In this document: one piece after another, positions 58,505 to 64,000 of the stretch | How the letters are laid out: the number at the start of each line of letters is the position of its first letter | How positions within the stretch are numbered: position 1 is the first letter of the stretch | Source of the DNA: Eledone cirrhosa | Taxonomy: Eukaryota | NCBI GenBank assembly: GCA_964016885.1 | Contig: OZ024740.1 | Span: 11,718,001 to 11,782,000, forward strand | Reading direction: 5' to 3' | Length of the DNA stretch: 64,000 nucleotides | The notes under the pieces: generated by a model | The model's database searches: none | What the model saw: the letters and a program-made list of their open reading frames with translations, nothing else | Told to the model about the DNA's origin: nothing | Translations under genes and position numbers: made by a program

Positions 58505-58655
58505 GAATTAGTGGAATGGTTAGGGCATTAGATAGAAAGTTTTGCAGTATTCATTCAGGTTCTCTGTACTCTGAGTTCAACTGACACCAGGGGTCAACTT
58601 TACCTTTCATTCTTTCGAGCTTTATAAAAAAGTAGCAGTCAAGTAGTTGGGGTTG
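58505..58655 (+). mobile_element. Degraded tRNA-derived SINE fragment (copy 1)
   Basis: A B-box-like TCTGAGTTCAA (58570-58580) is followed by ACTTTACCTTTCAT (58597-58610). The same two motifs at nearly the same spacing recur at 62073-62112. The family assignment is from recollection of octopus SINEs, and boundaries are approximate. Confidence 0.6.
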
Positions 58656-58872
58656 CTTCTTCCTCTTTTTCACTTCTTTCTTCTGTTACTTCCTTTATCC
58701 TTTGCTGAAAGAAATTAACTGTGTTCTCACCAGGTTTAAACAAGCATCAGACTCTGATACCATATACATACTACCATATGATATCCATGATGTAGAGTGC
58801 TTATGTTGATTACATCATAATTAGTTGATTGCCTGGATCAACCAACACTGATTATTGAAACAAATATATATA

Positions 58873-60740
58873 ATCATCATCATCATTGTTTAACGTCCAT
58901 TTTCCAAGCTAGCATTGGTCAGATGGGTTGTCCCATTTGAGGCAAGTTGAGTCAGGTGATTGTGTCTTGCTCATATAGAACTGTTTCTGGCTTGGTTTCT
59001 ATGGCTGGATGCCCTTGTTAACGCCAACCACATTTGCAGTGTGGGCTGTGTGCTTTTTGTCATGACACCTACATGACCACTTTACAGTGTGGGCTGTGTG
59101 CTTTTTGTCGTGACACCTACATGACCACTTTACAGTGTGGGCTGTGTGATGTTTGTTGTGACACCTACATGACCACTTTACAGTGTGGGCTGTATGCTTT
59201 TTGTTGTGACACCTACATGACCACTTTACAGTGTGGGCTGTGTGCTGTTTGTTGTGACACCTACATGACCACTTTACAGTGTGGGCTGTATGCTGTTTGT
59301 CGTGACACCTACATGACCACTTTACAGTGTGGGCTGTATGCTTTTTGTTGTGACACCTACATGACCTCTTTACAGTGTGGGCTGTGTGCTTTTTGTCGTG
59401 ACACCTACATGACCACTTTACAGTGTGGGCTGTGTGATGTTTGTTGTGACACCTACATGACCACTTTACAGTGTGGGCTGTATGCTTTTTGTTGTGACAC
59501 CTACATGACCACTTTACAGTGTGGGCTGTGTGCTGTTTGTTGTGACACCTACATGACCACTTTACAGTGTGGGCTGTATGCTGTTTGTCGTGACACCTAC
59601 ATGACCACTTTACAGTGTGGGCTGTATGCTTTTTGTTGTGACACCTACATGACCTCTTTACAGTGTGGGCTGTGTGCTTTTTGTCGTGACACCTACATGA
59701 CCACTTTACAGTGTGGGCTGTGTGATGTTTGTTGTGACACCTACATGACCACTTTACAGTGTGGGCTGTGTGATGTTTGTTGTGACACCTACATGACCAC
59801 TTTACAGTGTGGGCTGTGTGATGTTTGTCGTGACACCTACATGACCACTTTACAGTGTGGGCTGTGTGATGTTTGTCATGACACCTACATGACCACTTTA
59901 CAGTGTGGGCTGTGTGATGTTTGTCATGACACCTACATGACCACTTTACAGTGTGGGCTGTGTGATGTTTGTCGTGACACCTACATGACCACTTTACAGT
60001 GTGGGCTGTGTGATGTTTGTTGTGACACCTACATGACCACTTTACAGTGTGGGCTGTGTGATGTTTGTCATGACACCTACATGACCACTTTACAGTGTGG
60101 GCTGTGTGATGTTTGTTGTGAGACCTACATGACCACTTTACAGTGTGGGCTGTGTGATGTTTGTCATGACACCTACATGACCACTTTACATTGTGGGCTG
60201 TGTGATGTTTGTCATGACACCTACATGACCACTTTACAGTGTGGGCTGTGTGCTGTTTGTCGTGAGACCTACATGACCACTTTACAGTGTGGGCTGTGTG
60301 ATGTTTGTTGTGACACCTACATGACCACTTTACAGTGTGGGCTGTGTGATGTTTGTTGTGACACCTACATGACCACTTTACAGTGTGGGCTGTGTGATGT
60401 TTGTCATGACACCTACATGACCACTTTACAGTGTGGGCTGTGTGATGTTTGTTGTGACACCTACATGACCACTTTACAGTGTGGGCTGTGTGATGTTTGT
60501 TGTGACACCTACATGACCACTTTACAGTGTGGGCTGTGTGATGTTTGTCATGACACCTACATGACCACTTTACAGTGTGGGCTGTGTGATGTTTGTTGTG
60601 ACACCTACATGACCACTTTACAGTGTGGGCTGTGTGATGTTTGTCATGACACCTACATGACCACTTTACATTGTGGGCTGTGTGATGTTTGTCATGACAC
60701 CTACATGACCACTTTACAGTGTGGACTGGGTGCTTTTTTA
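58873..60740 (-). mobile_element. SINE/LINE-tail-type retroelement with (GAT)n 3' tail, interrupted by an internal 48-bp minisatellite expansion
   Basis: On + it reads (ATC)n-TTTAACGTCCAT...TTGAGGCAAG...GCTGGATGCCCTT..TAAC.CCAACCACATTT.CAGTGTGGG, colinear with a second copy at 61745-61995. A simple-repeat tail is typical of non-LTR retroelement 3' ends, implying minus orientation. Confidence 0.72.
59031..60740. repeat. 48-bp minisatellite, ~35 copies
   Basis: The unit is TTTACAGTGTGGGCTGTGTGATGTTTGTTGTGACACCTACATGACCAC, with exact period 48 (59081, 59129, ...), substitutions only and no indels. It produces the 569-aa (QCGLCDVCCDTYMTTL)n ORF. Confidence 0.98.
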
Positions 60741-60837
60741 TGATGTGATGTGTTTGTGATTTATCTGTGTGTCAGTAGCTGTAGTGGTGTGGTCCTGGCA
60801 GAATTATTCCACTGACCTTTCACCCCTATCACTGTAG

Positions 60838-60953
60838 GTTAATGTTGGTTGTGTTCCAAAGAAGGTGATGTACAATGCTGCTGTCCATGCTGAATATATC
60901 CGGGATCACCAGGATTATGGTTTCTCAGTGGAGAAGAAAGGATTTGATTTCAA
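60838..60953 (+). CDS. GSR: Glutathione reductase, internal exon ([38 protein letters not shown])
   Basis: Acceptor ...ACTGTAG| at 60836-37 and donor |GTGAGT at 60954; 116 bp, phase 0 to 2. It encodes the second half of the class-I pyridine nucleotide-disulfide oxidoreductase active-site motif. VPKKVM.N is glutathione-reductase-like, whereas thioredoxin reductases have CIPKKLM. Confidence 0.95.
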
Positions 60954-60964
60954 GTGAGTAGTAT

Positions 60965-61497
60965 TTTTATTACCGCAGTCTCTACGCTACATACTTTCCC
61001 ATCAGGGTGTCTTCCATGACAGACCAATGGAGTTAGTTACCTCATTCCCTATACTACATAACCTTCCCATCAGCTTAATCTCCTCTCTTCTTATTTGTAA
61101 CTTAACAGTACTGTAAGTTACCTCAAACCCAAAACTACATGCCTTCTCATCAGTTTCTCTTCTGTGATATACCAGATATACCAGAATAGTTTACCCCAGT
61201 CATTATAGAACTTACCTTCCCAGCCTCTCTTCTGTCACAGACCTATGAAGTAATTTACCTCAGGCCCTACATTACAGAATTAATCTCCCTTATATTCTAA
61301 TTTGTAACACAACAGGAATGTTATTTTACCACAATCCCCAAACAACTTATCTTCTCATTAGCCTCTCTTCTGTCATGGGCCTATCAAGTAGTTTACCTCA
61401 AGCCTTACGCCATATACCACCAACTTAATCTCCTTTATATTCCAATTTTTAATGTAATTTTACCACAGTCCCAAAACTACTTACCTTCCCATCAGCA
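60965..61497. repeat. Decayed tandem repeat filling most of a GSR intron (~70-bp subunits, ~140-bp period)
   Basis: AGCCTCTCTTCTGTCA occurs at 61222 and 61360, TTAATCTCC at 61075, 61280 and 61425, and C[C/T]TTC[C/T]CATCAG at ~60994, 61062, 61142 and 61484. TTACCTCA also recurs. Confidence 0.7.
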
Positions 61498-61524
61498 TTT
61501 CTTTTCTTTCCCATTTTATAACAG

Positions 61525-61594
61525 ACATTTAAAGAAGTCTCGTGATGCCTATATTGAGAGACTGAATGGAATATATGCTGGCAACCTAGAAAAA
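61525..61594 (+). CDS. GSR: Glutathione reductase, internal exon ((K)HLKKSRDAYIERLNGIYAGNLEK)
   Basis: Pyrimidine tract plus ACAG| acceptor and |GTAAGT donor at 61595; 70 bp, phase 2 to 0, joining in frame with the previous exon. It matches the GSR RDAY..RLN.IY..NL.K segment. Confidence 0.95.
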
Positions 61595-61744
61595 GTAAGT
61601 ATTTGACAAGAGTAGCAAGCTAGCTTTTAAAGTTAATTTGTTTTAGGTTCATGCTGATTCAAAGACACCACAAGAACCATGACTTAGAATAGGGACCATT
61701 ACTTGATTCAATTCATTGTGTAATGTAGATTTGGCAGAGTTGTT

Positions 61745-61995
61745 ATCATCATCATCATCATCATCGTTTAACGTCCATGTTCCACGCTTGCATGGGTTTG
61801 GACGGGAGTTTTCCCACTTGAGGCAAGAGTGGTTGTCATTGCTCGCATAGGACTGTCTGGCGGGTTTTCTACAGCTGGATGCCCTTCCTAACACCAACCA
61901 CATTTACAGTGTGGGGCTGGGAGGTTTTTACCGTGTTGCCTACACGGCCACATTACAGCGTGGACTGTGTTTTTTTGTCATGACACCTACACGAT
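61745..61995 (-). mobile_element. Second copy of the (GAT)n-tailed retroelement, carrying only two diverged ~48-bp units
   Basis: (ATC)n CGTTTAACGTCCATG...GCTGGATGCCCTTCCTAACACCAACCACATTTACAGTGTGGG, then units at ~61901-61950 and ~61951-61994. The latter contains TTTTGTCATGACACCTACA, identical to the first unit of the 59-60 kb array. Confidence 0.78.
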
Positions 61996-62019
61996 CTCAT
62001 TTGTTTTGGCCTGGATGTT

Positions 62020-62150
62020 GTGGCACCAACATAACTGTTAGAGTGTCGGATCTTTGTTCTGAGTCTCTAGATTCTGAGTTCAAATCCTACTGAGGCCCAC
62101 TTTACCTTTCATCTTTACAGGGTCAATATACCAGCCCAGTGCTAGAGTCT
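62020..62150 (+). mobile_element. Degraded tRNA-derived SINE fragment (copy 2)
   Basis: A B-box-like TCTGAGTTCAAATCC (62073-62087) and ACTTTACCTTTCAT (62099-62112) are shared with the copy at ~58.5-58.65 kb. Confidence 0.6.
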
Positions 62151-62352
62151 AGTTGTCACCCTCTCCCTCCTTTCAGCTGTCATATCCTGGATATGCAAAC
62201 TGGACATTTCAGCTCAATTCTGGTTTATGTTTGACATGTGTAGCTATAAGCTATCAGACTCTCTGTGGACAGAAAAGGAAGGAACTTGTTCTTTGACGAA
62301 GTTTCAAGTAGATCTGAAACATGTAAGAACAGTCCCAGTATTTTGCTATCTA

Positions 62353-62550
62353 CAAAGGTTGGTTGAAAAGTTCATAGGCTGACCAAGATACTCTCATGGA
62401 ACGACAAAATGAGGTTTATTTTCCAACATAGTCCCTAAAAAGAAACAATGCAGTTATTAATAAGAAGAGTTGAAATTAATGTATACAAGATTTCACTGCT
62501 CTAGCATCACACCTTCATAGTTAGCCTATGAACTTTTCAGCCGACCCCCA
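62353..62550. mobile_element. Tc1/mariner-type MITE (~198 bp)
   Basis: Left end TA|CAAAGGTTGGTTGAAAAGTTCATAGGCTGAC versus reverse complement of right end TA|TGGGGGTCGGCTGAAAAGTTCATAGGCTAAC: 26/33 matches including the flanking TA (62351-52 and 62551-52). There is no coding capacity. Confidence 0.85.
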
Positions 62551-62670
62551 TATGTATGTACGCATGTATGTATATATGTATACATGTATGTGTATATGTA
62601 TGTATGGGTGATTGTATGTATGTATATGTATGCATGCATGTATGTATATTTGTATATAATTATATAATTA
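62551..62670. repeat. Imperfect (TATG)n/(TA)n microsatellite
   Basis: Runs of TATG/TGCA/TA directly after the MITE. Confidence 0.85.
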
Positions 62671-62716
62671 TGATTTAAAAATTGGATTAACATTGTTTTT
62701 AGATAATTTATGTAAA

Positions 62717-63201
62717 TCTAAACTATAATAAAGGAAGGTCTGCGGGATTGCGTACAGTTTATTTTTTTTTATCCTGTTTGTAAAATAAGTTGGATTACTT
62801 TGATTAATAATGAATGAATATTACATAATTTATCTACTAAATTTTGTGGCTGTTGATTAAATATATTTTGTTTATTTAAAGATTCACTTCTTTAAAATTT
62901 TTTGAAATGTCAACACTTCCGGTTGGCCATCGCTTAAATAAACATACTAATTTCCTGTCACTAATTTTCTTCTAATGCAGTTTATATATAATATCGTCTT
63001 TTTTTAATGTATCATGGATTACGTTACTGATTAAATGAGACAGTGTGACACAGTCTTCGCTCAATTTCTATGTATTTTATATTGTCAATTACGATTTTAT
63101 TTGATGTATCATATCTACATGTATATATACTTGCGTATAATATCAATATACACACTACACATGCTAGCAGAAAACCACCCGAAGGGTGGTTTTTCTGCTA
63201 G
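62717..63201 (+). mobile_element. Probable non-autonomous Helitron (~485 bp)
   Basis: It starts A|TCTAAACTATAATAAAG and ends with a GC-containing hairpin and CTAG|T. Insertion between A and T with no target duplication, 5'-TC, 3'-CTRR and a subterminal palindrome are the Helitron hallmarks. The 5' boundary is less certain than the 3'. Confidence 0.65.
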
Positions 63202-63240
63202 TTTATGTTAATTAATCTATTTTGTACTGTTTTAATTTAG

Positions 63241-63373
63241 TCAAAAGTTGAGCGCATTGTGGGCCATGCCAGGTTCTTATCTAATCAAAGTGTAGATGTA
63301 GATGGCAAGAATTATTCAGCGAAACACATTCTGATTGCCACTGGAGGCAAACCAGTTGTACCTGACATTCCAG
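63241..63373 (+). CDS. GSR: Glutathione reductase, internal exon ([44 protein letters not shown](G))
   Basis: TTTAATTTAG| acceptor and |GTAGGT donor at 63374; 133 bp, phase 0 to 1. It contains the conserved HILIATGG motif of the FAD domain. Confidence 0.95.
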
Positions 63374-63547
63374 GTAGGTAAGAGGCTGATAGTTTATAAC
63401 TTGGGGTACCTTTTGGTTATAGCCTGGAAAAAGAGTTATGAACACTGCTACCTCTTCTTCCTTGTCTAATTTCATCATCAATTGTTCAGTCTGTCTGTCT
63501 CTCTCTCGTTGTAAACTACTGACCACAATAAGCTGTATATTTTTCAG

Positions 63548-63602
63548 GTGCCCAGTATGGTATAACCAGTGATGGCTTTTTTGAGTTACCAGATTTACCA
63601 AA
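63548..63602 (+). CDS. GSR: Glutathione reductase, internal exon ((G)AQYGITSDGFFELPDLP..); the gene continues beyond the window
   Basis: TTTTTCAG| acceptor and |GTAAGT donor at 63603; 55 bp, phase 1 to 2. GITSDGFF.L..LP is characteristic of glutathione reductases. Confidence 0.95.
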
Positions 63603-63629
63603 GTAAGTGGTTACTGTATTGTATTAGTG

Positions 63630-63735
63630 AATTGAGTGATTAGAGAATTGGATTCACAATTGTGAGGTTGCAAGTTCGATTCTTGAACTGGGTGATGTGT
63701 GATGTCCTTGAGCAAGACATTTTATTTCACGCTGT
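63630..63735 (+). mobile_element. Degraded tRNA-head SINE fragment with CORE-like segment
   Basis: B box GTTCGATTC (63674-63682) followed by GTCCTTGAGCAAGACATTTTA (from 63704), which resembles the CORE-SINE motif GACCTTGGGCAAGTCACTTA. Confidence 0.6.
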
Positions 63736-63907
63736 CCCTTCTGCCAGGAATTTTGATCAGTGAATAACATCAGCAATGAAAAGACAAAAAGAAACTTCGT
63801 TTATTATTGGGGGGGGGGGGGGGGATCCGATTTGACGAGTTCCACCCCACTTAATAAGTGAATAATGTCTGGGATCTTTTTGATCAATTTGATCGAGTGT
63901 GTTGTAT

Positions 63908-64000
63908 TTTTTCATGCTCAGAGTTGCTGAAGCATGGAACAAACTACCTGCATCATTATCCTTCAAAACTTCCATCCTTTCCAAAATTCGCCAACACTAC
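63908..64000 (+). mobile_element. CR1/L2-clade LINE 3' fragment
   Basis: It translates FFMLRVAEAWNKLPAS, matching the FF..RV...WN.LP motif at the C-terminus of CR1-group ORF2 proteins. It is 5'-truncated. Confidence 0.7.

Noticed and set aside
59034-60743. Stand-alone 569-aa metallothionein- or keratin-associated-like Cys-rich gene
   Set aside because: The open frame follows from a stop-free 48-bp unit. There is no unique N- or C-terminus or signal peptide, the unit derives from a retroelement, and variants are largely non-synonymous. It is kept only as a speculative splicing finding.
60838-63602. Thioredoxin reductase or dihydrolipoamide dehydrogenase as alternative identity
   Set aside because: [20 protein letters not shown] and GITSDGFFEL fit glutathione reductase. 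TrxR (CIPKKLM, ITSDDLF) and DLD (CIPSKAL) motifs differ.
63630-63700. tRNA gene
   Set aside because: Only a B box is evident, I could not build a cloverleaf, and it runs into a SINE-like core.
61649-63984. ORFs 61649-61903(-), 61911-62093(+), 63281-63601(-) and 63757-63984(-)
   Set aside because: They overlap repeat fragments or lie antisense to GSR exons and have no recognisable motifs. The poly-D and poly-P stretches come from (ATC)n and poly-G tracts.

Overview
Eukaryotic (metazoan) genomic DNA. The interspersed repeats resemble, from memory, mollusc/octopus SINE and CR1 families; this taxon call is unverified. Bases 1 to ~57,890 are one uninterrupted head-to-tail AT-rich satellite of mixed 33- and 32-bp monomers (consensus CAACAACACTATTGTGATAATGTCTATAGTAGT, about 1,750-1,800 copies). 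It carries nested multi-kilobase higher-order duplications and zoned sequence variants, and the many short ORFs over it are repeat artefacts. The last ~6 kb holds four spliceable + strand exons of a glutathione reductase (GSR) gene. The first visible exon begins in the middle of the redox-active C|VNVGC motif and the upstream exon is not in the window, so the whole satellite probably lies inside one >60 kb GSR intron. The non-coding part of the flank also contains a 48-bp minisatellite (~35 copies, open Cys-rich frame) that visibly expanded from inside a SINE-like element, a 68-bp repeat, a decayed minisatellite, tRNA-SINE fragments, a mariner-type MITE, a likely non-autonomous Helitron and a CR1 LINE 3' fragment.
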